This document shows, piece by piece, positions 18,937 through 32,455 of a stretch of DNA of 50,970 nt. The stretch comes from Nitrospiraceae bacterium. GTDB lineage: Bacteria; Nitrospirota; Nitrospiria; Nitrospirales; Nitrospiraceae. The stretch spans positions 1 through 50,970 of the forward strand of contig JBQTIO010000109.1 of assembly GCA_052388075.1 (NCBI GenBank). Direction: 5' to 3'. The position numbers and the translations under genes were made by a program. The notes below the pieces were generated by a model, which was not told the DNA's origin, ran no database searches, and worked only from the letters and a program-made list of their open reading frames with translations. Each line of letters opens with the position of its first letter. The first letter of the stretch is position 1.

Positions 18937-19617
18937 ATGCGGCCAGCGCCGCCCTCCAAGATCCTCCGCAAATCAGTTGGCGCGTTTCTTCTGCTTATCG
19001 GCCTAGCTTTCCAAAGCTGCACGACAGGGCCTCCTCACGTCGACCGGTTCCCCGGATATCCCATCGGATTCGTCGAGCGCGGGGTCGCTTCATGGTACGG
19101 ACCCGGCTTCCACGGGCGGGCGACCGCCAACGGGGAGCGATATGACATGCACGGTCTCACCGCGGCGCATCGCACCCTGCCCCTTGGATCCATTGCTGTG
19201 GTCCATTCCCTGACCTCCGGACGTCGCGTGACGGTGAGAATCAACGACCGGGGGCCCTTTGCAAGGGGACGGGTATTGGATCTTTCCCTGGCAGGTGCGC
19301 AAGCGTTGGGAATGACGGGCAGCGGCACAGACCGGGTGGAACTTCGCGTAGTCGGCTATACCCCCAGGCCAGGAGGAATGGGAGTCCTGCGGGTTCAAAT
19401 CGGCGCTTTTGCGGAACTCCAGAATGCCAAAGCCCTCTTTGAACAGGTCCGGCGAGATGTGGGAGGTGGGCGTATTACTCAAGTAGACCTGCCGGAAGGT
19501 CGGCGCTACCGAGTTCAAGTGGGTCAGTTCATCGGCGAGTCTGAAGCCGATGCCGCTGCCGTTCGCCTGGACCGCAAGTACAGTCTTCAATCTCTGGTGG
19601 TGCGGGATGACGGATAG
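18937..19617 (+). CDS. rlpA: Septal ring lytic transglycosylase RlpA family protein (DPBB + SPOR)
   Basis: GVASWYG..FHG..TANGE, TAAHRTLP, VRINDRGPF, DLS; SPOR domain VQIGAF...YRVQVG. Confidence 0.9.
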   Translation: MRPAPPSKILRKSVGAFLLLIGLAFQSCTTGPPHVDRFPGYPIGFVERGVASWYGPGFHGRATANGERYDMHGLTAAHRTLPLGSIAVVHSLTSGRRVTVRINDRGPFARGRVLDLSLAGAQALGMTGSGTDRVELRVVGYTPRPGGMGVLRVQIGAFAELQNAKALFEQVRRDVGGGRITQVDLPEGRRYRVQVGQFIGESEADAAAVRLDRKYSLQSLVVRDDG

Positions 19618-19710
19618 AGGGGATCAGGGATGGCCGGCGGTCTGCGCGAGGGTGCAACGATCCTCCGCGATTGATCAGAAGGCGTTGATTTATTGGCAAG
19701 TTTTATCGAG

Positions 19711-19738
19711 TTGCTTGCCTGCGGTTGCCTCCTATGAT
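19711..19738 (+). promoter_or_regulatory. Sigma-70 promoter for the CNNM/CorC gene
   Basis: TTGCTT-N16-TATGAT. Confidence 0.45.
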
Positions 19739-19881
19739 ACATGTATCCCCGTGATTATCATGAGAAGCGATCCGATCAGTCGAGCTCTGAGGTCTGCCAG
19801 AAAGTGGGCAGTGGGCTATTCTTCCGACCACACCGGGCTTCTCGCCAGGCCAGCCACCGCGGTAGAACGCCCGTAACACAC

Positions 19882-23255
<3,374 letters not shown>

Positions 23256-23607
23256 TCAGAGAACGTATCAGCCGTACATCGTGACAGGGGACTCCGAGGT
23301 GGCCGCAAGGACACGGTATTTGATCGTCGGCGCACTGAGCACCAACGCTCTTCGCGTACACGTGATGTGAAAGAAACCTGTCCGACGTGGGATGAAGCCC
23401 GGCTTGTCGGGACGAGCGTCACTGTCAGTCGGGGGGACCGTAGCATAGAACCGCGGAGCGCGTCAAACCGGGAACCGGCACGCCTCGCTTTGACTTTCGC
23501 CACGTCGGCCACTATTCTACAAGGCTGTTTGGCAGTGATGACCTCTTGCCGGAGAGGCTTGTCCGCCCACTGTGCGGACCTGCTTCATGGTGCCAAAGGA
23601 GGGATGT

Positions 23608-24267
23608 ATGGTGGAGGAGGTTCAGGGAGTGAACGATCGCGCATCGACGAACATTCTTTTGGGTCTGTTGGTGATCTGCGGTGCTCCGCTGCTTGGCGGC
23701 TGCGTCGTATTGGAGGAAAAATACAACGCAGAGAAGACACGAAGCCTGAATTTCCAGCGCCTGCTGGCGCAGGAGGAAAAGCGAACAGCCGAACTCGACA
23801 GCGAGGTGAAGCGAACCAAGCACGAACTGGCCGCGTTCGAGACACGCAATCGTGAATTGGCCGTGCAGGTGCAATCCGTACGCGACCAAATGACGCGCCT
23901 TCAGGAAGAGGCTGAGGCGATTAAGGAAGCGGCCGTGCTCGAGCGAAAGGCGATGGAAGACATGCGCCGGGCCGGGGCACCGTCCGCCAGGCCGAAGAAG
24001 TCCGGAACAGCCCCCGATGCCTTCGGCGATCTTGGCGTCACGGAGCCTGATCTGCATAAGGACGCGGGGCGCAGGGACGTCACGGCAATCGCAGAGCCTG
24101 GGCTGGTCGCCAGGCCGGGGACAGCCATTCATGTTGTGCGGCCGGGAGAGACGCTCTTCCGTATCAGCCGACGGTACGGCATTGAGGTCGAAAAGTTGAA
24201 GAAAATGAATAAGCTCCAGGACGACATCATCGAGGTCGGCCAGAAGCTGATCGTGGGAGCGGAATAA
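23608..24267 (+). CDS. Coiled-coil lipoprotein with C-terminal LysM domain
   Basis: Lipobox LGGC; long heptad region; LysM HVVRPGETLFRISRRYGI...IEVGQKL. Start is 23608 (ATG) or 23629 (GTG). Confidence 0.82.
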   Translation: MVEEVQGVNDRASTNILLGLLVICGAPLLGGCVVLEEKYNAEKTRSLNFQRLLAQEEKRTAELDSEVKRTKHELAAFETRNRELAVQVQSVRDQMTRLQEEAEAIKEAAVLERKAMEDMRRAGAPSARPKKSGTAPDAFGDLGVTEPDLHKDAGRRDVTAIAEPGLVARPGTAIHVVRPGETLFRISRRYGIEVEKLKKMNKLQDDIIEVGQKLIVGAE

Positions 24268-24281
24268 TTTCCGAGCACCCA

Positions 24282-25778
24282 ATGGCGACGCCAGCCTATT
24301 CCCTCAAACTGGAGGAATTCCGGTCCTACGCGAAGGAGGGCAACCTCATTCCGTTGTACCGCGAGATCCTGGCGGATCATGATACGCCGGTTTCAGCCTT
24401 TGCCAAGATCAATCATGGTCCGTCCGCCTACCTGCTCGAAAGCGTCCAGGGAGGCGAAAAATGGGCACGCTATTCCTTCCTCGGAAGCGGCTCTCCCGTC
24501 GTGATATTTGAGGACCATGGGGATTTGTGTATCAAGCAGAAAGCGCGCAGCCACCGTATTTCCAGCCAGGGCGCTCCGTTAGACCGAGTGCGCGAATTCA
24601 TGGCGACCTACCGTCCGGTGACGGTTCCCGGCCTTCCTCGCTTTGTGGGCGGAGCCGTGGGCTATCTGGGGTACGACCTGGTGAAAACGTTCGAGGATGT
24701 TCCCTCCAGGAGGAAAGATGATCTCGGGCTTCCGGAGTTCGCGTTCCTCCTCACCGAAACGCTGCTCATTTTTGATAACATTTCACAGAAGATTAAGGTG
24801 GTGGCCAACGCGCATGTGAAGTCGCGGTCTGAACGCGACGTGCGGGCCGCCTATCGCGAGGCGACGGCCAGGATCGAAACGATGATTGCCCGGCTTCGCC
24901 GGCCCCTCCGGCAGGCCAGGCCCAAGCGTCGGCGCTCACCCATTCGTTTTACGCCGAACATGAGCAAGGCGGACTTCGAGAAAATGGTGAGCCGCACGCA
25001 GGAATACATCAAGGCGGGGGACATCTTTCAGTGCGTGCTGTCCCAGCGATGGGAGACGAATCTACAGGCCCCGCCATTTCAGCTCTATCGGGCTTTGCGC
25101 GTGGTGAATCCTTCCCCCTACATGTATTACCTGCGGATCGCGGGCGTGGAACTCGTCGGTTCTTCTCCGGAAATCCTCGTCCGTTGCGAAGATGGCGTCG
25201 TGTCCGTGCGCCCGATTGCCGGTACGCGGCGCAGAGGCTCGACGGCCGATGAGGACGTGCAGCTGGAACGCCGACTCCTGGCGGACGCCAAGGAGCGGGC
25301 CGAACATATCATGCTGCTCGATTTGGGGCGCAACGATGTCGGACGGGTTGCCGAGCGGGGCTCAGTTCAAGTGGAATCGCTGATGAATGTCGAACGCTAC
25401 TCGCACGTGATGCACATGGTGTCGAACGTGACCGGAAAACTGGATGCCGCAAAGACCGTCTATGATGTCTTGAAGGCCTGCTTCCCGGCCGGGACCGTGT
25501 CCGGCGCGCCGAAAATCCGTGCGATGGAAATTATTGAGGAGCTGGAGCCGACCAAGCGCGGCCCCTATGCCGGCGCAGTCGGCTACATCAGTTTTTCCGG
25601 CAACATGGACATGTGCATCAACATCCGAACGGTGGTGGTGTCGCAACACCGGGCGTTTGTCCAGGCCGGAGCCGGAATCGTCGCCGATTCCAATCCGGCC
25701 CACGAGTACGAGGAGACCTGTAATAAAGCCCGTGCGATGATGAAGGCCATTGAACTGGCCGAACAAGGGCTGGAATGA
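24282..25778 (+). CDS. trpE: Anthranilate synthase component I
   Basis: LLES, NPSPYMY, SSPE, PIAGT, EHIMLLDLGRND and GTVSGAPK motifs. Confidence 0.96.
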   Translation: MATPAYSLKLEEFRSYAKEGNLIPLYREILADHDTPVSAFAKINHGPSAYLLESVQGGEKWARYSFLGSGSPVVIFEDHGDLCIKQKARSHRISSQGAPLDRVREFMATYRPVTVPGLPRFVGGAVGYLGYDLVKTFEDVPSRRKDDLGLPEFAFLLTETLLIFDNISQKIKVVANAHVKSRSERDVRAAYREATARIETMIARLRRPLRQARPKRRRSPIRFTPNMSKADFEKMVSRTQEYIKAGDIFQCVLSQRWETNLQAPPFQLYRALRVVNPSPYMYYLRIAGVELVGSSPEILVRCEDGVVSVRPIAGTRRRGSTADEDVQLERRLLADAKERAEHIMLLDLGRNDVGRVAERGSVQVESLMNVERYSHVMHMVSNVTGKLDAAKTVYDVLKACFPAGTVSGAPKIRAMEIIEELEPTKRGPYAGAVGYISFSGNMDMCINIRTVVVSQHRAFVQAGAGIVADSNPAHEYEETCNKARAMMKAIELAEQGLE

Positions 25779-25851
25779 AGTGCGTGATGCGTGAGAAAGG
25801 CGGGATGTGCGCGGCGCGCGAGTCCCGCCCGTCCCGCGGAAGGAGCATCCG

Positions 25852-26415
25852 ATGCTCCTGATGATCGATAACTACGATTCCTTCACCTACAACCTGGTGC
25901 AGTATCTCGGAGAACTGGGCGAAGATGTCGAGGTCTACCGTAACGATAGGATTTCGCTCGCCCGCATCGAGGAATTGCGTCCCGGTCGACTGGTGATTTC
26001 TCCCGGCCCCTGTACGCCCAAAGAAGCCGGGATTTCGGTCGAGGCGATCCGTCAGTTCGGAGGGAAGATCCCGATTCTCGGCGTCTGTCTGGGCCATCAA
26101 TCACTCGCGGTCGCGTACGGGGGTGAAATCATCCGCGCGCCTCGTTTAATGCACGGCAAGACGTCGCCAATCACGCACGACGGCAGGACGATCTATCGGT
26201 CGTTGCCGAATCCGTTCGACGCGACGCGCTATCACTCGTTAATCGTCAATCGAGCGAATCTTCCCGAGTGTTTAGAAGTGTCGGCGGAGACTGCGGAGGG
26301 CGAGATCATGGGACTCCGCCATAAGACCCTGGGCGCCGAAGGAGTCCAGTTCCATCCGGAATCGATCCTGACCGCCGTGGGCAAGGACCTGCTCCGAAAC
26401 TTTCTCAAACTCTAG
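25852..26415 (+). CDS. trpG: Anthranilate synthase component II (glutamine amidotransferase)
   Basis: [29 protein letters not shown]; SD AAGGAG before ATG 25852. Confidence 0.94.
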   Translation: MLLMIDNYDSFTYNLVQYLGELGEDVEVYRNDRISLARIEELRPGRLVISPGPCTPKEAGISVEAIRQFGGKIPILGVCLGHQSLAVAYGGEIIRAPRLMHGKTSPITHDGRTIYRSLPNPFDATRYHSLIVNRANLPECLEVSAETAEGEIMGLRHKTLGAEGVQFHPESILTAVGKDLLRNFLKL

Positions 26416-26438
26416 CCGGCCCGCACGTATTCACGACC

Positions 26439-27452
26439 ATGATTAGAGACGCGCTTGCCAAACTGGCTGACCGGACGAATCTTCCCACCCGCGAGGCGGA
26501 GGAGGTCATGTCCGAGATCATGGACGGGTTGGCGACTCCTGCCCAGATCGCCGCGTACCTCATGGGGCTCAGGCAGAAGGGTGAAACGGTGGAGGAGATC
26601 GTCGGGTCGGCACGAGCCATGCGGTCTCGCGCCACCCGAATCCGCGTCGGTGCATCCATCGTCGTGGACACCTGCGGGACCGGAGGCGACGGCGCTCGTA
26701 CGTTCAATATTTCCACGACGACCGCCTTCGTGGTCGCCGGCATCGGGATTACGGTGGCCAAACATGGGAATCGCTCCATTTCGTCCAGATCCGGCAGCGC
26801 CGATGTACTGAGTGCTCTCGGCGTCAAGATCGACCTGACGCCGGATCGCGTGGCGGACTGTATCGATGAGGTCGGGATCGGATTCCTCTTCGCCCCGCTG
26901 TACCACGGTGCGATGAAACATTGCGCAGGCCCGCGACAGGAATTGGGGATCCGCACCGTCTTGAATCTGCTGGGACCGCTGACAAACCCCGCCGGAGCCA
27001 CGCATCAGGTCCTGGGGGTGTACGACGCAAAGCTGACGGAAATACTTGGGCGAGTCTTGCTCGATCTCGGGTCGCAACATTGTTTCGTGCTCCACGGGAT
27101 GGACGGGTTGGACGAAGTCACGCTGTCGGATCGAACGAAGGTGTCCGAGGGCAAAAGCGGCGTGGTCTCAAGTTATTTCACCGCTCCGGAGGAGTTCGAC
27201 CTGCAGCGTGTGCCGCGCAAGGAATTCGCGGGTGGCACGCCGGACGACAATGCGCGCATCACCAGAGACATCTTACAGGGCAGAAAGGGTCCTAAGCGGG
27301 ACATCGTCTGTCTCAATGCCGCTCCGGCGATGGTCGTCGGTCGAAAGGCGAATACACTGCGAGAGGGGTTCCGTCTCGCCCAGCAGTCCATCGATTCCGG
27401 GGCCGCAGCGGAGAAGTTGGACCGGCTCATCGCCTATACCAACAAGGCATAG
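26439..27452 (+). CDS. trpD: Anthranilate phosphoribosyltransferase
   Basis: DTCGTGGDG, NISTT, KHGNRS, GPLTNP and DGLDE motifs. Confidence 0.96.
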   Translation: MIRDALAKLADRTNLPTREAEEVMSEIMDGLATPAQIAAYLMGLRQKGETVEEIVGSARAMRSRATRIRVGASIVVDTCGTGGDGARTFNISTTTAFVVAGIGITVAKHGNRSISSRSGSADVLSALGVKIDLTPDRVADCIDEVGIGFLFAPLYHGAMKHCAGPRQELGIRTVLNLLGPLTNPAGATHQVLGVYDAKLTEILGRVLLDLGSQHCFVLHGMDGLDEVTLSDRTKVSEGKSGVVSSYFTAPEEFDLQRVPRKEFAGGTPDDNARITRDILQGRKGPKRDIVCLNAAPAMVVGRKANTLREGFRLAQQSIDSGAAAEKLDRLIAYTNKA

Positions 27453-27456
27453 CAGT

Positions 27457-28284
27457 ATGATACTGGATCGCATCCTTGAGCATAAGAAGGCGGAACTTCG
27501 GCACAAGCAGAGCCGTTCCTACCTCGCGGGTCTGAAGGCGGCGATCCGCGATAGCAGGCCGTCGGCAGGTTTTGCCGTGACCCTGGAGGCCGGCCGGACC
27601 GCCACGAGTCCGGCGCTCATCGCGGAGGTCAAAAGGGCCTCGCCGAGTTTGGGGCTCTTGCGGGAGGAATTTTCTGAGGGTTTCGACCACCTGGCAATTG
27701 CGCGTACCTACCATGAGTACGGGGCCTCGGCCGTCTCGGTTCTGACGGACAAGGAGTTTTTCCAGGGGGACCTTCGATTTCTGTCGGACATCAAACGTAC
27801 GCTGCCGATTCCACTCCTCAATAAAGAATTCATGGTCGGCGAGGTACAGTTTTACGAGGCGCGGGCCAGCGGTGCGGACGCCGTGTTGCTCATTGTCGCG
27901 GCACTCGACCGACGGCAATTGATGGATTTCCATGCCTTGGCGTCCGAGCTCGGCATGGACTCTCTGGTGGAGGTTCATCATGAACGGGAGCTGGACACCG
28001 TTTTGGAATGGATTCCCGCTGCCCGGATGATCGGCCTCAACAATCGCGACCTGCACACCTTTACCACCGATCTCAGCGTGACCTTTCGGCTCGCGAAAAG
28101 AGTTCCGGCCGGCAAGCTCATCGTCAGTGAAAGCGGGATCCATACGCGGGGCGACGTGGAGCGCCTGCTCGAGGCCGGCATCCAGGGCATGTTGATAGGG
28201 GAATCGCTCATTCGCGCAGCGCATGCGGGCGACAAGATACGGGAGCTGCTTGGACGGACGTCGAGCGGTCCCCACGAGGCATAA
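27457..28284 (+). CDS. trpC: Indole-3-glycerol phosphate synthase
   Basis: MILDRILEHK start, IAEVKRASPS, SVLTD..FFQG, NNRDL and SESGI motifs. Confidence 0.94.
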   Translation: MILDRILEHKKAELRHKQSRSYLAGLKAAIRDSRPSAGFAVTLEAGRTATSPALIAEVKRASPSLGLLREEFSEGFDHLAIARTYHEYGASAVSVLTDKEFFQGDLRFLSDIKRTLPIPLLNKEFMVGEVQFYEARASGADAVLLIVAALDRRQLMDFHALASELGMDSLVEVHHERELDTVLEWIPAARMIGLNNRDLHTFTTDLSVTFRLAKRVPAGKLIVSESGIHTRGDVERLLEAGIQGMLIGESLIRAAHAGDKIRELLGRTSSGPHEA

Positions 28285-28302
28285 GGCCTCTGGAACCGGA
28301 GC

Positions 28303-28932
28303 ATGGTCAAGATCAAGATTTGCGGCATTACCAACGTGCAGGATGCTCGAGTCGCGGTGGCGGCCGGCGCGGATGCGCTCGGATTCGTCATGTACCGGGA
28401 AAGCCCGCGCCATGTCGAGCCGGCTGCGGTGCGATCCATCGTCGCGGAACTTCCGCCGTTCGTCCTGCCGATCGGAGTCTTTGTCAACGAGGACCCCGTC
28501 GTGGTTCGGAATCTGATGGATGACTGCGGCTTGGCACTGGCACAGTTGCACGGCGACGAATCCGCCTCCTACTGCGAGACGCTGGGGCGCCCGGCGCTCA
28601 AGGCGCTCCGCCTCAAGGACCGGGGCAGCTTTTTGGCACTCGCCGAATTTCGAGGCAGGGCCAATGTGCGCGGCTTCGTGATCGATGCCTTTTCGGAGCA
28701 CGCCTACGGTGGAACGGGCACCACCGTCGACTGGGCGCTCGCGGAAGAAGCGGCCCGCGCCGTGCCGGTGCTATTGGCCGGCGGGTTGACCCCGTCCAAT
28801 GTGTCGGAGGCAATTCAAACCGTCCGCCCCTACGGCGTCGATGTGAGCAGCGGCGTCGAGGAACGCCCGGGTAAGAAGGATGCCGCCAAGGTCCGTGCGT
28901 TTGTCGAGGCGGCCAGGCTTGTGCCGCTCTGA
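28303..28932 (+). CDS. trpF: Phosphoribosylanthranilate isomerase
   Basis: KICGIT, QLHGDE, GGTG, LAGGL and DVSSGVE motifs. Confidence 0.96.
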   Translation: MVKIKICGITNVQDARVAVAAGADALGFVMYRESPRHVEPAAVRSIVAELPPFVLPIGVFVNEDPVVVRNLMDDCGLALAQLHGDESASYCETLGRPALKALRLKDRGSFLALAEFRGRANVRGFVIDAFSEHAYGGTGTTVDWALAEEAARAVPVLLAGGLTPSNVSEAIQTVRPYGVDVSSGVEERPGKKDAAKVRAFVEAARLVPL

Positions 28933-28982
28933 TCGATCCGATTATACTTCTTCACTCCGAAGCAAAGAGGAATTACGCGCTC

Positions 28983-30176
28983 ATGCCCATGCTTCCCGAC
29001 AGTCATGGTCGTTTCGGGCCCTATGGCGGCCGGTATGTGCCAGAAACTCTCATGCCGGCACTCCTCGAGCTGGAGGCGGCCTATGCCAAAGCAAGACGAG
29101 ATCGCCGGTTTCAACAGGAGCTCGCCTACTATCTGAAGCAGTACGTAGGGCGTCCCACGAGTCTGTACCGCGCTGATCGTCTCAGCAAGCGGCTGGGTGG
29201 CGCCAGGATTTATCTCAAGCGGGAGGATCTCTGCCATACCGGCGCGCACAAGATCAACAATGCGATCGGGCAGGTGCTCCTCGCCATGCGAATGAAGAAG
29301 CCGCGGATCATCGCCGAAACGGGAGCGGGGCAGCACGGAGTCGCCACGGCTACGGCAGCCGCCATGTTCGGGCTCCAATCTGAGATTTACATGGGCACGG
29401 AGGATATGCAGCGGCAGGCGTTGAATGTCTTCCGCATGCGGCTGCTGGGCGCGACGGTGACGGGTGTGGATGCCGGCAGCCGGACGCTGAAAGATGCGAT
29501 CAGCGAAGCGATGCGCGATTGGACGACGAATGTGCGGACCACGCACTATGTGCTCGGCTCGGTGCTCGGCGCGCATCCCTATCCGATGATGATCCGTGAT
29601 TTTCAGTCGATCATCGGCCGGGAGGCCCGCAAGCAAATCCTGTCCGCCGAGGGGCGGCTTCCGGACTATCTGGTGGCATGCGTCGGCGGAGGGAGTAATT
29701 CCATCGGACTATTCCATGCCTTTCTCCGCGATAAGAAAGTTAAAATGGTCGGGGTGGAGGCGGGAGGGCTCGGCATCGCGAGCGGCAAGCACGCGGCGCG
29801 GTTCTCCGGCGGCAAGCCGGGGGTGTTGCACGGCACGATGACCTATCTGCTCCAGGACGACAACGGGCAGGTCAACCTGACCCATTCGGTGTCGGCCGGG
29901 CTGGACTATGCGGCTGTGGGCCCCGAACATAGCCTCTACCATGATCAGGAGCGCATTGAGTATACCTACGCGACGGACGACGAGGCGATGTCGGCTTTCG
30001 ATCTGCTTGCGCACGAGGAGGGAATTGTTCCGGCGTTGGAAAGTGCGCATGCCATCGCGCACATTACCAAGTTGGCACCGATAATGAAAAAGTCGCAGCT
30101 CATCATTGCGAATCTCTCCGGTCGCGGCGACAAAGACGTTCAGCAGGTGGCGCGCATGCGAGGAGTCACCCTATAG
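28983..30176 (+). CDS. trpB: Tryptophan synthase beta chain
   Basis: HTGAHKINN (PLP lysine), [16 protein letters not shown] and LSGRGDKD motifs. Confidence 0.98.
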   Translation: MPMLPDSHGRFGPYGGRYVPETLMPALLELEAAYAKARRDRRFQQELAYYLKQYVGRPTSLYRADRLSKRLGGARIYLKREDLCHTGAHKINNAIGQVLLAMRMKKPRIIAETGAGQHGVATATAAAMFGLQSEIYMGTEDMQRQALNVFRMRLLGATVTGVDAGSRTLKDAISEAMRDWTTNVRTTHYVLGSVLGAHPYPMMIRDFQSIIGREARKQILSAEGRLPDYLVACVGGGSNSIGLFHAFLRDKKVKMVGVEAGGLGIASGKHAARFSGGKPGVLHGTMTYLLQDDNGQVNLTHSVSAGLDYAAVGPEHSLYHDQERIEYTYATDDEAMSAFDLLAHEEGIVPALESAHAIAHITKLAPIMKKSQLIIANLSGRGDKDVQQVARMRGVTL

Positions 30177-30192
30177 CTCTCTGCAGCTTCAT

Positions 30193-31005
30193 ATGAATAT
30201 GCGCCGCCTAGAAACAACGTTCGACACCCTCAGGGGGAAGGGCGAAAAAGCCCTGATCGCCTATCTAATGGCCGGAGACCCCGGGCTGGCCGAAACGGAA
30301 CAACTGGTCCTGGCCCTGGAACGGGCAGGCGCCGATATCATCGAACTCGGCGTGCCCTTCTCGGACCCCATTGCAGACGGACCGGTGATTCAGCAGGCCG
30401 CCGAACGCGCGTTGCGGCATGGCACTTCGCTCGCCCAGATCCTTGCCCTTGTAACCTCCGTCCGGCAGCGGACGCAGATTCCGATCGTGCTGATGCTCTA
30501 TTACAATTCGATCCATGCCATGGGGGCTGAGATCTTCTGCAAGGCCGCCAAGGCCGCCGGCGTTGACGGTCTCATCGTGCCCGATCTACCGCCGGACGAG
30601 GCGGAACCTCTGACGGCCCCGGCGGAGGAGGCAGGACTGCGGCTCATTTTTCTGCTGGCTCCCACGAGCACGGCCCAGCGGCGCAAGCTGGTCGTGCGGC
30701 AGTCGCACGGGTTCGTCTATTACGTCTCGCTTACGGGAATTACGGGAGCCAAACTCAGCAACGTGGCGGAGGTCGGCCATAACGTCGAGCAAATCAGGAA
30801 GATTTCGTCGCTCCCTGTCGCGGTGGGGTTTGGGGTGGCGACTCCGGAAGACGCGGCCCGGGTGGCCAAAATCGCCGACGGAGTCATCGTCGGCAGCGCC
30901 ATCGTGAAACGCATCGCCTCACATCAGCAGGATCGCAGCATGGTTGGAAAGGTTGCAGACTTCGTCCGGTCGTTGAAATCCGCCATGGTTGCGGCAGCGC
31001 AGTAG
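30193..31005 (+). CDS. trpA: Tryptophan synthase alpha chain
   Basis: ELGVPFSDPIADGPVIQ, YYVSLTGITG and GFG motifs. Start is 30193 or 30199. Confidence 0.96.
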   Translation: MNMRRLETTFDTLRGKGEKALIAYLMAGDPGLAETEQLVLALERAGADIIELGVPFSDPIADGPVIQQAAERALRHGTSLAQILALVTSVRQRTQIPIVLMLYYNSIHAMGAEIFCKAAKAAGVDGLIVPDLPPDEAEPLTAPAEEAGLRLIFLLAPTSTAQRRKLVVRQSHGFVYYVSLTGITGAKLSNVAEVGHNVEQIRKISSLPVAVGFGVATPEDAARVAKIADGVIVGSAIVKRIASHQQDRSMVGKVADFVRSLKSAMVAAAQ

Positions 31006-31057
31006 GCAGTGAGCGGCACGCTGCCTGTGAAGAGGACGTCACAGAAGGAAGGCTCGC

Positions 31058-31642
31058 CTAGCGCTTGACGTGGGGCGGCATGGACTTGATCATCTCGTCG
31101 GCGAGTTCCGCGGCGATGTCTTTCAAGTCTGTTCGGAAGAACACATAGCTCGCAGACCGCTCGTGCCGGGCCTTCCAGATCGTGGCCCCGGTCGTCGCAT
31201 CAATGAGGCGAAGACTCAATCCCACGCCACGGGGGTACTCCCACGAATTCACCCGCACCACCAGGAACGAATCGACGTTGAGTGCTCTGCCCAGGATGAC
31301 GGCCGAATCTTTGTCGGAATGGCCGGTCATTTCCAGACGGGAAATGTAGACAACGAGGGCGTCAAACGCCGCTTTGGACGCCTGAAAGATATCGGTCACA
31401 GTCTCCGGGGACACCACCCGCTCGATGCGGGAAGATTTGCGCAAGACCACGGCCAACACTTCTTGAATTTCCTCACGCGCAGTGTCGTACTGGCTGGCCA
31501 TCGGGGGCAGGACCGCGATGGCCTGCGGGTGGAACAGTTTGGCGCCCTGGCTTTCCGAGACATCCTGCAATCCCCCGCATCCTGCCAGCAGCAGCACGCA
31601 GGAGAGGGCCAGGCCCAGTCGTGAATTGGATAGCACCAGCAT
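31058..31642 (-). CDS. Hypothetical lipoprotein (GNA1162/DUF799- or CsgG-like alpha/beta fold)
   Basis: Lipobox LAGC; IAVLP and LRLIDATTGATIW patterns. Start uncertain (31642-31672). Confidence 0.7.
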   Translation of the reverse strand: MLVLSNSRLGLALSCVLLLAGCGGLQDVSESQGAKLFHPQAIAVLPPMASQYDTAREEIQEVLAVVLRKSSRIERVVSPETVTDIFQASKAAFDALVVYISRLEMTGHSDKDSAVILGRALNVDSFLVVRVNSWEYPRGVGLSLRLIDATTGATIWKARHERSASYVFFRTDLKDIAAELADEMIKSMPPHVKR

Positions 31643-31719
31643 GAACTCACACTGCCGTGAGTGGGACATCACAGAGACAAAGCCGGTTCCATGAATGCTT
31701 CGCCCATCGTCTTCCTGGC

Positions 31720-32382
31720 TTAGACGATCATTCCGTCCTGCATATGTACGATTCGGTCCGACTGGGCGGACAGTTTGTCGTTGTGCGTCACGATGATGAA
31801 AGTAGTTCCACGGGACTTGTTCAATTCTCGCATCAACTCGAACAGCCCGTCTCCCGTGTGGGTATCGAGGTTGCCGGTCGGCTCATCGGCTAGCACCAAG
31901 TCCGGATTTTGCATCAGGGCCCGCGCCATTGCCACCCGCTGCTGCTCGCCTCCGGACAACTCTCCCGGCTTGTGGTGAAGTCGCTGGCCCAATCCCACTT
32001 CGGTGAGCAGCGCCTGGGCCTCGGATTCGACCGCCCCGGGGTCGCGACGCTGCACGAGCGCCGGCATGGAGGCGTTCTCCAGGGCCGTGAACTCCGGCAG
32101 CAGATGGTGAAATTGAAAGACAAATCCAAGGCGCTGGTTGCGAAATTCCGCCTGCTCGATTTCCGTCATCTGGAACAAGTCCTGACCATTGAAGGTCACC
32201 GTGCCGCTGCTCGGTTTATCGAGCGTTCCGATGATGTGGAGCAGGGTGCTCTTGCCTGCGCCCGACGCGCCAACGATCGCGATCAGCTCCCCCCGCCGGA
32301 TCTCGAGGTTGATTCCCTTGAGTACGGGAAGCTCGTAGGCACCCATCAGAAAGGACTTATGAAGATCCGTGACCTTAATCAT
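31720..32382 (-). CDS. lolD: Lipoprotein-releasing ABC transporter ATPase
   Basis: GASGAGKST, GFVFQFHHLLPEF (LolD motif), LSGGEQQR and DEPTGNLD. Confidence 0.93.
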   Translation of the reverse strand: MIKVTDLHKSFLMGAYELPVLKGINLEIRRGELIAIVGASGAGKSTLLHIIGTLDKPSSGTVTFNGQDLFQMTEIEQAEFRNQRLGFVFQFHHLLPEFTALENASMPALVQRRDPGAVESEAQALLTEVGLGQRLHHKPGELSGGEQQRVAMARALMQNPDLVLADEPTGNLDTHTGDGLFELMRELNKSRGTTFIIVTHNDKLSAQSDRIVHMQDGMIV

Positions 32383-32388
32383 GATGGA

Positions 32389-32449
32389 AGCGTTGAGCCA
32401 TCAGCTCTCGGCAAGCGGTTTCCAAGCCGACAGCTGAACGCTGACGGTT
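32389..32449. repeat. Palindrome built from AGCnnTC heptamers
   Basis: agcgttg-agccatc-agctctc-ggc ... gcc-gacagct-gaacgct-gacggtt between lolC/E and lolD. Confidence 0.75.
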
Positions 32450-32455
32450 CGTGAT

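Noticed and set aside
25781-25838. Possible trp attenuator or fifth heptamer element between trpE and trpG (tgcgtga x2, GGCGGGA/TCCCGCC hairpin)
   Set aside because: No Trp-codon leader or U-tract, and the 7-bp periodicity is not kept on the right arm; at most a degenerate relative.
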